Positions 26,349 through 37,344 of a stretch of DNA of 64,000 bases are shown piece after piece. The stretch is from assembly GCA_965112155.1 (NCBI GenBank), contig OZ218104.1, one strand, 5' to 3'. The position numbers were made by a program, and so were the translations under genes. The notes beneath the pieces were generated by a model that was given only the letters and a program-made list of their open reading frames with translations, was not told the DNA's origin and made no database searches. Source of the DNA: Podarcis liolepis. Lineage: Eukaryota. The first letter of the stretch is position 1, and each line of letters starts with the position of its first letter.

Positions 26349-28985
26349 TCCTGTACCCGTGAAAATCTACGAAAGCAAATATCTCACCTCTACGGGGAGG
26401 AAACCTTCCAGCTGACAAGAACCTACGAGAAACTAGAAATCCGAAGAGCCACCATCTTATGTGATCTCTTGTTCCTACGCAACTGCCGAGACAACAACTT
26501 AATTCCCACATGCTTCCAACTTAAATTCCACTCTAAAACCCCAGCTACCGAAAGGATCCTGAAACGAACTGAACTATCCCTAATCAGAAACGAAATACAT
26601 AAGAAAAGATACCTACTAAACCAAACCAACAAAGATCTGCTCACTCTTCACCTCAAACTCTGTAACAAAATCCACCCTGCACTCTGGGACAAATGCAAAC
26701 AACTAGCCGTCTGGAGAGCTGAAACTGAGACCTCACATAAGACAGACAGACACACCAACAAACTCCACAAACTAGAGAAACGCCAGAAGCCCAGCCACCC
26801 TCCACAACAACCCATGAAACAAACAGTACATAACATATCAGACAGGATCCTCACCTCAACTGAAACCAAAGTACTCTCCAAAGGTTTCAACTTTGCAGTC
26901 GCCCCGAGACGCATCCCCACGGAAAACATCATATGCGGAGTCGAAGCTAGCCTAACCAAAATCAACCCAGATGAAGCCAATAAAATCAGACTTGAAGTCA
27001 CCAACATCCTCTGCTCCAGCAAACCACCCAGAAGCAATTTACACAAAGAAGAACAGAAAGCACTCACCAACCTGAGGAAAGACAACAACATAATCATTCT
27101 CCCAGCAGACAAAGGTAATGCCACTGTTGTGATGAACACATCGGACTACCAAGCAAAACTATCAAATCTACTCCAAGACCCTACCTACCAACCTATAAAA
27201 ACAGATCCCACCACCTATCTGGAAAAAACCACCAAATCCAAAATAAAAGCCTCTCCTATCAGTGAAGAAATCCAGCTAAGAATCATCCCCAGAGAAAAAT
27301 CATCCAGATGCCCCAAACTCTACGGTCTCCCCAAGATACACAAAGAAGGAACACCACTCAGACCAATAGTCAGCTCCATAGGCTCACCTCTACAAAATCT
27401 CGCTAAATTTCTCGCTAAGCAACTTCAGCCCTATGCAGAATCCATCGCTTCACACGTTACTAACTCCTTCCAGTTCATAGAAACAATAAAGAAGCAAAAC
27501 CTACATCCCGATGACCTACTTGTGAGCTTCGATGTTGTATCTCTCTTCACACAAGTGCCCATTAATGAAGCCTTGACAGCCATTCAAAACAAATACAATC
27601 CCCCCGAATACATCCTGGACCTGACCAACCACTGCCTAACCAACACGTACTTCATCCACAATGGACAAAGATACAAACAGATAGAAGGAGCACCTATGGG
27701 ATCACCCCTCTCACCGGTCATCGCAAATTTGTACATGGAACACTTTGAAACCAATGCTTTAGACAAGTCAGAACACAAACCCAAACTTTGGCTCAGATAT
27801 GTTGACGACACCTTTGTAATTTGGCCACACGGGAAAGAAAAACTAGATAGCTTCCTCACACATCTCAACAGCCTACACCCCAAAATACAATTCACTATGG
27901 AAATAGAAGCCAACAACCAACTTCCCTTCCTTGACGTCCTAATCTACAAAAAACCTGATGGCTCCCTAGGACACACTATCTACCGGAAAAAAACACACAC
28001 CAACCGCTACTTACATGCACAATCACACCACCACCCTGCACAAATAAACTCCGTAGCCAAGACTCTCATCTCCAGAACCAAACGCCTGGCTGACAAAGAC
28101 CACTTGACAACTGAGTTACAGAATCTCTCAAATGTGTTAATCGCCAATGGATACCAGCAAAACAGGGTTACGAAGCTAATCCAAAAAGAAACACCCCCCA
28201 AAAACCAAGACACAGAAGAAAACAATGGCATGGCCCTCCTTCCTTATATCAAGGGCACTACAGACAAAATTAGCAAAATCCTCCATAAACACAATATCAA
28301 AACAGCCTTTTGCACCAACCAAAAAATAGCCAATATCCTCAGAAACCCCAAAGATAAAATCCAGTTGGAAAACCAAGGGGTCTATGAAATACCCTGCAAA
28401 GTCTGCCCAGCCACGTACATTGGACAAACAAACAGACGAATAAATGCACGTATCGCAGAACACAAGAATGCCGTCAAAAAAGAAGAAAAAACTTCCTCTC
28501 TTTTCCAACACATGAAAGAAACAGGACACGAAATTAATTTTGCAGATTCCAAATTGCTCTTTAACATGGAACATCACCACAAGAGAATAATCATGGAAGC
28601 CATCGAGATAGAGAAACACCCTCACAACATGAACAAGCGTGACGACACGTCCCGCCTGCCAGACATCTGGAAATTAGCCCTCCCCACAAAAACCGACACC
28701 AGAACCAGAGGCACACAGAACGCCATCACCAATCAACCACACCAGACCCAAACCCAGACCCTCTCCACAGATAAATTACAGACACCATCCAGTAGCCAAA
28801 CCATAGTGGCACCTCCGGATGCTGCACCCCCCTGCAATCCCTACACAGATCTGGCTGGCACAGGGCACAAAACCACAGCTCGCCCCTATACACGAAGCCA
28901 AGCCAGAGCACAACTAAGTGCAGTACAGCCATCTTCTCAGAAAAACTCTTCACAAGCTCAAGAGGTCAAGACACGAAAGCTTTAG
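26265..28985 (+). CDS. PLE reverse transcriptase + GIY-YIG endonuclease polyprotein (906 aa)
   Basis: N-terminal LLFLRNC..NLIP block, ILPADKGNATVV, LYGLPKIHK, PLRPIVS, SFDVVSLFT, GAPMGSPLSP, RYVDDTF, LPFLDV; endonuclease GVYEIPCKVCPATYIGQT...RIAEH...HMKETGH...EAIEI...N; no Cys-rich RT-EN linker (unlike Neptune); no stops or frameshifts. Confidence 0.95.
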   Translation: MTSETLSKRRLDTPTLTREDTRRHQNLHSCTRENLRKQISHLYGEETFQLTRTYEKLEIRRATILCDLLFLRNCRDNNLIPTCFQLKFHSKTPATERILKRTELSLIRNEIHKKRYLLNQTNKDLLTLHLKLCNKIHPALWDKCKQLAVWRAETETSHKTDRHTNKLHKLEKRQKPSHPPQQPMKQTVHNISDRILTSTETKVLSKGFNFAVAPRRIPTENIICGVEASLTKINPDEANKIRLEVTNILCSSKPPRSNLHKEEQKALTNLRKDNNIIILPADKGNATVVMNTSDYQAKLSNLLQDPTYQPIKTDPTTYLEKTTKSKIKASPISEEIQLRIIPREKSSRCPKLYGLPKIHKEGTPLRPIVSSIGSPLQNLAKFLAKQLQPYAESIASHVTNSFQFIETIKKQNLHPDDLLVSFDVVSLFTQVPINEALTAIQNKYNPPEYILDLTNHCLTNTYFIHNGQRYKQIEGAPMGSPLSPVIANLYMEHFETNALDKSEHKPKLWLRYVDDTFVIWPHGKEKLDSFLTHLNSLHPKIQFTMEIEANNQLPFLDVLIYKKPDGSLGHTIYRKKTHTNRYLHAQSHHHPAQINSVAKTLISRTKRLADKDHLTTELQNLSNVLIANGYQQNRVTKLIQKETPPKNQDTEENNGMALLPYIKGTTDKISKILHKHNIKTAFCTNQKIANILRNPKDKIQLENQGVYEIPCKVCPATYIGQTNRRINARIAEHKNAVKKEEKTSSLFQHMKETGHEINFADSKLLFNMEHHHKRIIMEAIEIEKHPHNMNKRDDTSRLPDIWKLALPTKTDTRTRGTQNAITNQPHQTQTQTLSTDKLQTPSSSQTIVAPPDAAPPCNPYTDLAGTGHKTTARPYTRSQARAQLSAVQPSSQKNSSQAQEVKTRKL

Positions 28986-29133
28986 CAACTACTCCACACT
29001 TAATGACCCACCTAAGTGGTACTCAGAATATCACTCAAGAAATCAACCAAGATATCCCTCAAGTAATTAAGGAACAAAAGAAGAATAGGCACACTAACCT
29101 GGGAACTTCCTCTCTGCCCAGAACGTTGGAGGC

Positions 29134-29312
29134 TATACACCACACCCCCTCAACAGTATTTATAGGAACTCAAACACTGAGATCCTGCTCTGTTCCAGTA
29201 ACAAGAAGCCGAAAGCACCAGCCTGAAGATGACGAGTGAGACCTCGTCGAAACGTCGCCTAGACACCCCAACTCTTACACGGGAAGACACCCGAAGACAC
29301 CAAAACCTGCAT
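29134..29312 (+). repeat. PLE 3' pseudo-LTR
   Basis: Direct repeat of 26170-26348, ending in (TA)n. Confidence 0.9.
29223..29256 (+). ncRNA. Minimal hammerhead ribozyme motif in 3' pLTR
   Basis: CUGAAGA-U-GACGAG-ugagac-CUCGUC-GAAA-CGUC with perfect 6-bp stem II; stem I is weak (about 2 clear bp). Confidence 0.75.
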
Positions 29313-32237
29313 ATATATATATATATATATTCATTATATATTCAAAATATATTATTTTTTTGTTGTAGTTTAATCCTGAATATATCCAAGAGCAACCAAA
29401 CTGGTGACCTCCAGTTCCCATCCGTCCAGCAGTACCATGCAGGGACTGATGGGAATTGTAGTCCAAAACACCTGGAAAGCCTCCGGTTGAGGAAGGCTGC
29501 ACAAGAGCATTTCTTTGAGTTTTGCTGTGAACACGATACACTGCCCATGGAAATCCCACAGCAGAGTGTGATTTAGCTGTGAATCCTAAACTGGAGAGGA
29601 TTGCACTCAATAACCCTTTGGGTCTCTTCCAACTCAACAGTTCCATTATTAAATTTCTATACTGCCCTTCATCTGAGGATTACAGGGCGGTTTACAATAG
29701 AGAAACACAAAAATGCATACCATAATAATAGACAAAAAGCATACCCCCCGCCAGTATTGTTGTTTATTTAATTTCTATGATTCTGTGACTCCCTGGTAGG
29801 GAAAGGAGATCACTTGTCCTGCCTGAAATTGAGCTTGTGTGGCATGGGAAGACCAAGAAGGGACTGAGACATCTTTTCCCTCTCAGATGGTGACCTCTGC
29901 TTCCCATCTGCCTAGGAAATATCATCTGGCCCTGGGCTGCTGCATGAATAGGCTCAGTTCCTGCAGCAGGAAGAGTTCCACATGCTGTGTTGCTCCTGGG
30001 GTTCCTTCTCCTTGGATGCCACCCTTCTGCGGCCTAGCCTGCCTTCTCAAGTGGCCTCGCATCATGAAAGCAGGCGGGCAGGCAGGCAGGCAGGCAGGCA
30101 ACCTCCTGCCTTTTGCTGTCTCTCCGGCTCTTCCTGTTCAGCCTGGGAAGTCTGCGTTTAGACATAAACCTGTTTGGTAGCTTTTCTAAGAATGGAGGGG
30201 AAGGCAGGGAGGCAGACGGGCTGACCCAGGGAGGAGCAGGGGGTGATGATGTGGCAGGCTGCCATGCAGCTGCTAATGCTATAGTGCCCAGCTCTCCTTT
30301 AGCCAAGGCCCAAAAGCACATTCTGCCTGAACTCTCCAGGGCAGGGAGATGTGCTGCCCTTGTTGTGCATTGTGGCACAACAAGAAAACCACCCCATTCT
30401 CTGGCTCTCTTTGCAGTCGCAAAGTGCCAGTGCAGTGCCCGTGAGTATGTTTCCTAGTGGTGCCCACAGCCTCCCCCTCTCTGGCTGAAATTAGGCTTGA
30501 AAGAAGCCATTCATTGTAGTCAACAGGGGGGGGGGGTTGTAGTACAAACAGGAGGTTTGTATATATTATGAAACAGAAAGTGATTAAAATAAGTATGCAA
30601 AGTGAATGCCAACAGATAGGAAGGCTGTGGGCTGTGCAGGTACCTGGATGGACAGCTCATTGGATTACTTCTGGGAGAAAGAAAGGCGGGGAAAATTAGT
30701 GTTGTGGTATAAGGAAAGAGGCTGGGCACAAAGCAGGAGGAGAAACCGAGATCAAAGTGGATATAATTATTATATTCCATGGTGCAACCTGCTTGGCTTC
30801 CGTGGGCGCTGAAGCCGTCTACAGAGGTCATCTGAACTTTGCGTCTTCAGGATGTTTGTGGCAATTGTAGCATTTTGGGTGTCATGTGGGAACCTCAGAG
30901 AACCATTCCCCTTTCTTTGCAATGCAGGGACATCCATGCCTCAAAACCAACCCTGGACCTCTTGATGCCATTATTCATAAATCATTTTCTAGAGCACTTT
31001 TTGGCATGCGCGGAAGTCCATAGCTATGATCTCATCTATGCTCAGTTGTCTCCTGCTGGCCGTTTCCTCCTCATTCTTGCTGCTTTCCTCACACATGACG
31101 AATTTGGCCCCGGGAATCTCCTGCTGCTGCTCCAAGCCGGGCCTGAGTTTTGTGATGTATGAAAATTGGAATGTGTTTGGGGAGAGTGACGGAGCTGGGG
31201 TTACAGAGTTCAGGCGGCAACATGCACATTATTCTTCATTTCAGTGACACACACTTCAGCAAATGGGAATGTAAGAAAGAAGCATGTACAAAAAAATTAT
31301 TTATGCCAGTGCTTATTGGAACTAAAGACCTTCCCTTGAACAATCAGGGGTCCGCTTTCATTTGCAGAGGAGCAGCATGTATATGAGGGATGATCTTGCC
31401 ACTTCATGGCCTGTGCCAAACCCTCTGGACAAGGGCTTCATAGTGTTGTTCACATGCAGGGTACAGAATGGAGAGGAAATAATAAACTATAACTGAAGTA
31501 AGAGCAGAGAAAATGAGGTGGGAGGGCCAACAAGAGCGATCTTTTTGGTGCAAGAAAGAAAGTGATCAGGAACTCTGAATTATATGGGTGGGTAACACAT
31601 GTCCCTACCCTGATAGTGAATTTTACTGAACGCAGTGGGATTTTCCACTGGAATGGTGGTTGCATGTGTGTGAGCTTTTTCTGTAGGACAATGTTGACTT
31701 CGGGACACCAATTGGCAATGTCAAACAGCTGGCTGGATCACACTTGCATGTCTTGTTACATGACAACCACAACATTGCATGTTTGGGATTTTTTTTAGTT
31801 TAATTTAGTTTCTCTTTAGAGAAGAGGTGAGTAAGAGGTGACACGGAGAAAGTGAGTAGAGGAAAGTTTTCCTCCCTGTCCAATAACACTAGAACTCATG
31901 GACATCCAGAAATGACTGGCTCATCTTTTTAAAACGATTAAATAGGCCTGTTAGCATAAAAAGGCCTCCCAAGAGATGCCTGAAAGTTCACAGTGAGGAT
32001 GTTTTATAGTGCAACCCCTAGTGTGGCTGTGCCATATCATCAATAGTCCAAAGTGCACTTGCTTTTCTGTATTGCTCCCTCTCCCCCAGAACGCAGGACA
32101 CAAAGTGCTCCACATCCATTCTCTCAGTAACAGCCTTGCAAGGGTGTCTAGTACTGCTGGGGCTGTAACTTCAGTGGTGTGGCCTGAAAGGCCTTGTTGA
32201 TTATGATTGCCTCTGGATGCAAAGTGGTGTCACTGTA

Positions 32238-33075
32238 TTTTTTTTTAATAATATTTATTAAAGTTTCATAAAAAGGAATTACATAAAAACAAAAAATACA
32301 AAAGTAAAAGACAAAAATAAAAATACAAGAAAAATACAGAATAAAAAAGTAAGTACACTTACAGAAAAAAGGAAAAAAATAAAAATAAAAAAATCAATCT
32401 TTCCATATCTTACATTCATATCCTTGTTTCCCTGACCTCCTCATACCTCCCTTTTTTGTGTTCCAATTCAGTTAATTAATTCAGCAATTTCTTTCCCTCC
32501 TTATTATCCTGATCTTTAATCTTAATATATTGTAACATTAAATTTTTACCTATTTAGAAATCTAATTTTCCATATTCTTTTATATCATTACAGCTAGAAA
32601 CCACTTAACTTCAATCAAACATCACTCTAACATTCATTAATTTTGCAATATTTCTGTAAATAATCTTTAAATTTCTTCCAATCTTCTTCCACCGACTCTT
32701 CTCCCTGGTCTCGGATTCTACCAGTCATTTCCGCCAGTTCCATGTAGTCCATCACTTTCATCTGCCATTCTTCCAAAGTGGGTAGATCTTGTGTCTTCCA
32801 ATACTTTGCGATGAGTATTCTTGCCCAGGAGAAAGGCCTCTGGTTTCTTCAAGAAGGTATATTTAAATACCTTTTTCAGTTCATTATATATCATTTCCCA
32901 GAAAGCCTTAATCCTTGGGCACGTCCACCAAAGGTGAAAGAATGTACCTTCAGTTTCTTTACATTTCCAACATTTATTATCGGGCAAATGATAGATTTTT
33001 GCAAGCTTGACTGGGGTTATGTACCACCTGTATATCATTTTCATAATATTCTCTCTTAAGGCATTACATGCTGTA
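32238..33075 (-). mobile_element. 5'-truncated L1-clade LINE with 19-bp TSD
   Basis: ORF2 Cys-rich end 'KMIYRWYITP..CWKC..GTFFHLWWTC', then 'ARILIAKYWK...INEC*' in another frame, T-rich 3' UTR, AATAAA and poly(A); TSD gcaaagtggtgtcactgta at 32219-32237 and 33076-33094. Confidence 0.9.
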
Positions 33076-34241
33076 GCAAAGTGGTGTCACTGTAGGCTGG
33101 GTTGGGCAACCCTTTGTCTCTCAAGAGCTACTTTCTCAAGGGGATAATCTGCCAAGGGGGGAGGCTACATGCTGATGGGGAGGCCACCCTCTTTTCTCTC
33201 CTCCGCATCCAGAGGACTGCAGGGGGAAGGACTGAGTTTGCAGAGGGCTTCTGAACTTAGGCCAAGGGCTTTGGATTGTCCTCCTTGGCATCTTTGTTGT
33301 GAAAGGGTTAAATCAGCCTTTGTCAACCAAGTGCTGCAGCTGGGGCTGATGGGAATTGTAGTCCCAAACCTCTGGAGGGCACCAGGCTTGCAAAGGCTGC
33401 CCTGTATACCTTACACTGGAGAACAGAGGGGGAAGCCAATTCAGTTTTAGACCAGAAGGCCTGTGTAGACACCCTTAAGGAGTTCAATGACTCATCATTT
33501 GAACCAGGGACATCCTGGTTCACAGTCTTTTCGGTGCTGCCCCAGCATCACACAGTACCACAATCTAAAGGTGCCTCATTTATGCCAGAGGTTCAGGACC
33601 GATGAGCAAGTCTGATTTGAGATGAGCCACTGGCTCTGTCTGGGCATGTTGCTGGCAGAACAAGAGGCTGCAAATGAAAGTCAAATTCAGCAGGAAATCA
33701 GCAGCTATTTCTGGAAAGCCTTTGAGGGCTTCTCTCCCTGTTTAGCCTCTTTCTTTTGATATTCTAGTGCCCAATCAGTCTGGGAGAGAATCACAAGAGA
33801 CAAGGAGCTTGGGGTGAGTGAGGGGAGCGGGTCGCAGTGAAACCATTTTGCTCCTTGGGAGAAGAGCAAGGCAGGTGTGCAACAGTTACCTGCATTTCAG
33901 ATGTTTCTGTTTTAATTCAGTTCAACCGCTTCCCCCAAAGAATCTTGGGAACTGCAATTTGGTGCAGGGCGGGGTGGGTGATAATGCTTCAGAAGCCAAG
34001 AAGCTCCTAATTACACAAGGCTAAGAGTCAAAGGGGCACGTGGCACGTTAAAGACTATTATGGCTTTCTGCATCCTTTGCCCTACAGGTGTTTTGTACTG
34101 AAATAGACCATCATCCCAGGCATTCTGGCTGGAAATTGTCCAAAATATCTGGAGGGCAAGCACCAAGTTGGCAAAAGCTGCCCTACTTCTTCAGAGTCAG
34201 CTTAAGAGCTGCATTGTCCAGAGCACCAGGAAGAACTTTTC

Positions 34242-34242
<1 letters not shown>

Positions 34243-34297
<55 letters not shown>

Positions 34298-34299
34298 TC
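34243..34299. repeat. (CTTT)n microsatellite
   Basis: Directly visible. Confidence 0.95.
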
Positions 34300-35193
34300 G
34301 AAATATTCTCTCCCACCCCTTTTGCTAATGGCATATGAATGTTTATTTCTGCCTCAATGGTGGTGTGGCTTGATCATCTTATGCCCTGGACTCTAGGTAG
34401 CCATGTGCATTACTTCCATTGTGAAGCACCACATTTCAGATCCTCCCCACTGCCATTCCCTGCTTTGCAACTGCTTCTACGTTCCTGACATGTTAGAGCA
34501 ACAAACAAACAAAAAAGCAACTTAACAAGCCTGATTTTTTAAAAAAGAAAAGAAATGCTCTGAGCATGTGCAGTTACACTTTTGAAGCACAGCACAACAG
34601 GAGTAATCAATCAGTCAGTCAGTCAGTCAGTCAATCAAAACAGAGTGTTTTTGTTATGCTCTGTTGACCCATAAACAAAGTGCAACTACAAAATCACAGC
34701 CTCCATGGAGCCCATTACTAATTATTAACACTGGCAAGCTAGCAAGTCTGAGAGGTAGGACAGCATTCTGACTTATTGCTCGCTGTTCTGGGATAGATTT
34801 ATTAAGTCCCCTTAAGGAAGAGGCTCAGTAGGGTCTGTAACAAAGGGAGCCACCGCCTGGTAAGAGGATAAGTTATGAGTTCTCTAACCTCTTGATAAAA
34901 ATCTACAGTGGATGAGAGACTGTTTGAATCTCCAAACCGTTACAAAGATGGCATCTGCCCTTGAAGGGAACTCTGGCAAATCTAAGATTTTGGAGGATGA
35001 AACAATAAAATGAGTGAATGAAATTGCTTTTTTATACTTAGGTATATTAAGGGAATTTGTATATGGCATATGTGCTTGATTGAGGCAGAACCAAGTGAGG
35101 CCGAGTGACTACAGGAATGAAATGGAGTTTGATTTTCTGCCTTGAGGCTAAACACATTTACTTGTGAATGAGCACTGTTCTGATGCAGAAAAG

Positions 35194-35195
<2 letters not shown>

Positions 35196-35229
<34 letters not shown>
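35196..35229. repeat. (TA)n microsatellite
   Basis: Directly visible. Confidence 0.95.
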
Positions 35230-35231
<2 letters not shown>

Positions 35232-37344
35232 GGGGGAGAACAAAAAAAACCATGAACGTGCTGCGATAGCAACCAGTGCCAGTTCTGCTATGCTCGTGCC
35301 ACCTTCTCTGGGTGGTCATTTTGAGGCAGCAGGGGCTGGGCTAAAGAGCCCTGGACTTGGGCTCAGAGACCCAGCCCTGCTCAGCAGGTAAACAGAGACT
35401 GCCTGGACCTGAGTTGCTATAGGGTTTTTATTTTATTTTCTTTTTTTGCCCTTTAATAATTTCACATAGGCTGATAAAGAAGTACTGTAGAGCAGGGGTA
35501 GGGGATCTCTTTCAGCCCACAGGCTGCCTTCTCTCATGGGGAACCTTCCAGGAGCCGTCTAGGGGCAGGTGATAACAGCAACAACAACAACATTTATATA
35601 CCCCACCCATTTGACTGGGTTGCATTGGATGTGGCTATTAACTTTGTACAGTAAGGCTGCATTACAGAGCCACACCATACATTTACAGCATGTCCAACAC
35701 ACATTTAAAGTGCATGACTTTCCCCAAAAGAATTCAGGGAACTGTAGTTTGTTTGGGGTGCTGGGAATTGCCACTCTGTGAGCGTGGAAGCTAAAGTTGG
35801 GGGTGGGGAGCCATGCGCATTGAGTGGCTCTGCCCATACAACCCATCCCCTGCTGCAAAGAAAAGGCAAGCACACATCCTCACTAGGCAAAAGCACTTGA
35901 GGGCACGGAGCAGGATTGGGGAAGGGTCCAGCCTTGAGGGGAGTCCCAACAGCTGGACAAAGAGGCCCAGAGGGCCAAATCATTCACCACTCACAAGCCT
36001 GAGGTTCCCCACCCTTGAAGTGGAAGGTGGCCTTTGCCTAGCAGAGTCCCAGTCCTGGTTGCATTTCCTTGAGCTAAACTGTAAGGAGAAATCTCAAGAT
36101 GGAGACCCAGAGATTCATGGGTAATGTTGAGGGAGAAGGGGAAGGCCCAGAAAGAATGCAGGAGTCTCTGTATCTGTCTCTGTATCTGCCCTGGGCTGGA
36201 CACAGCCACCTTAAATAGATGATTAGCTTGGCTGGTGTCCAAGGTGGTTGTTTTGTGATGCCATCAGGTTACGGTTTTTTTGGAGCAATACAAACCTAAG
36301 TAAAAAGCTCCTGCCTGAAGGAAGTTACAGTCGCAAGTAGACAGAGAGAAGGCAAGGCCGAGGCGAGGAATGTCTGTAATTCCACCTAGATGGCTCCTTG
36401 GGGTTGGGTTCGGTTCAGTTGGGGGGGGGAGCACTGATAAGTCCTTGCCCCCAGCTGCCCCCCAGGTCATACACCTTACTGCCCCTGCCTCCCACCCCCA
36501 ACTCAGTGCTCTCCATATGTTTTGGACTATAACTCCCATCAGCCTCAGCAGGGGCTGATGGGAGATGTAGTCCAAAGCATGGCACAGGGGCAGGCATTTC
36601 TAATGGATCACTTTGTTGGCTTGAGTAGGGTCCCTCTCCATCCTTTCCCCCCATCCCTGTCTTAGCTCCCCATTTGGTCACCCAAGTGCCAGATGACAAT
36701 GGTTGTTGCTGCTGGAGAATGAGCCAGCAGCACCTCTTCTCTCTCCCAGCCCTGCATGCTTGGAGCGCCCCTTGTCTGAGTGCCTTGCCGCCTGCCAGAT
36801 GGCGTGGGCCTGACCTGCCGGGGTCTCCTCTCTTTCTAAGTGGCCTGATGAATATTCAGCTGTGGGGTGGGGGGGGTGAGGTTCTCCAGAAGGGTGAAAA
36901 GACGACCCTGACAGCTGGCAATGAAAAGACTTAATTTGCTCTGCAATGAAAGTAAGAGGAAGAGCTGAGGCTGAGCGGAGTTTAAGAAACAGAGTCTGGG
37001 AGAGGCAGGCCGTGTGCAGGAAACCCTACAAGATAAAGCATCCCCAGCTGGAGAAAACTGCTGCAGAGAAAGGAGACTGCATTGATGGCACACATTTCTG
37101 CATTTGGAACTTCTGGCTCTTCCCTAGTGCCTGAAATCTGTCTGTGGGGGAATTTTACTCTGCACGCCCTCAGTTGCACATGGGGATGAGGGCCTCTCCT
37201 GTGTGGGGAAGCTGCTCCTTGCTATGGGTGTGGGGGACGAGTGTTAGTACAATGGAGTCCAGGCACAATGCAATGTTCACACATGGCAAAGAGGAAAGGG
37301 ACGGGAGAGAGAGTCGTAACAGTTCCAATTTGTAGCAAGAGGAT

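Larger units (their letters stand above)
25155..29312 (+). mobile_element. Penelope-like retroelement (Penelope/Poseidon-type), intact, inverted partial-tandem structure
   Basis: 906-aa RT+GIY-YIG ORF, direct terminal repeats 26170-26348 / 29134-29312, inverted copy of the 3' ~1 kb at 25155-26170, hammerhead motifs, (TA)n flanks. Confidence 0.95.

Noticed and set aside
29003-29239. 78-aa ORF (and its inverted twin 25256-25492) as a second PLE gene
   Set aside because: No recognisable domain; identity of the two copies only reflects recent duplication. It could act as a uORF in tandem or circular RNA but this is unsupported.
30113-30457. ORF ending at a phase-1 C|gtgagt donor as an extra NHSL3 exon
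   Set aside because: No in-frame AUG and nearby acceptors are in the wrong phase.
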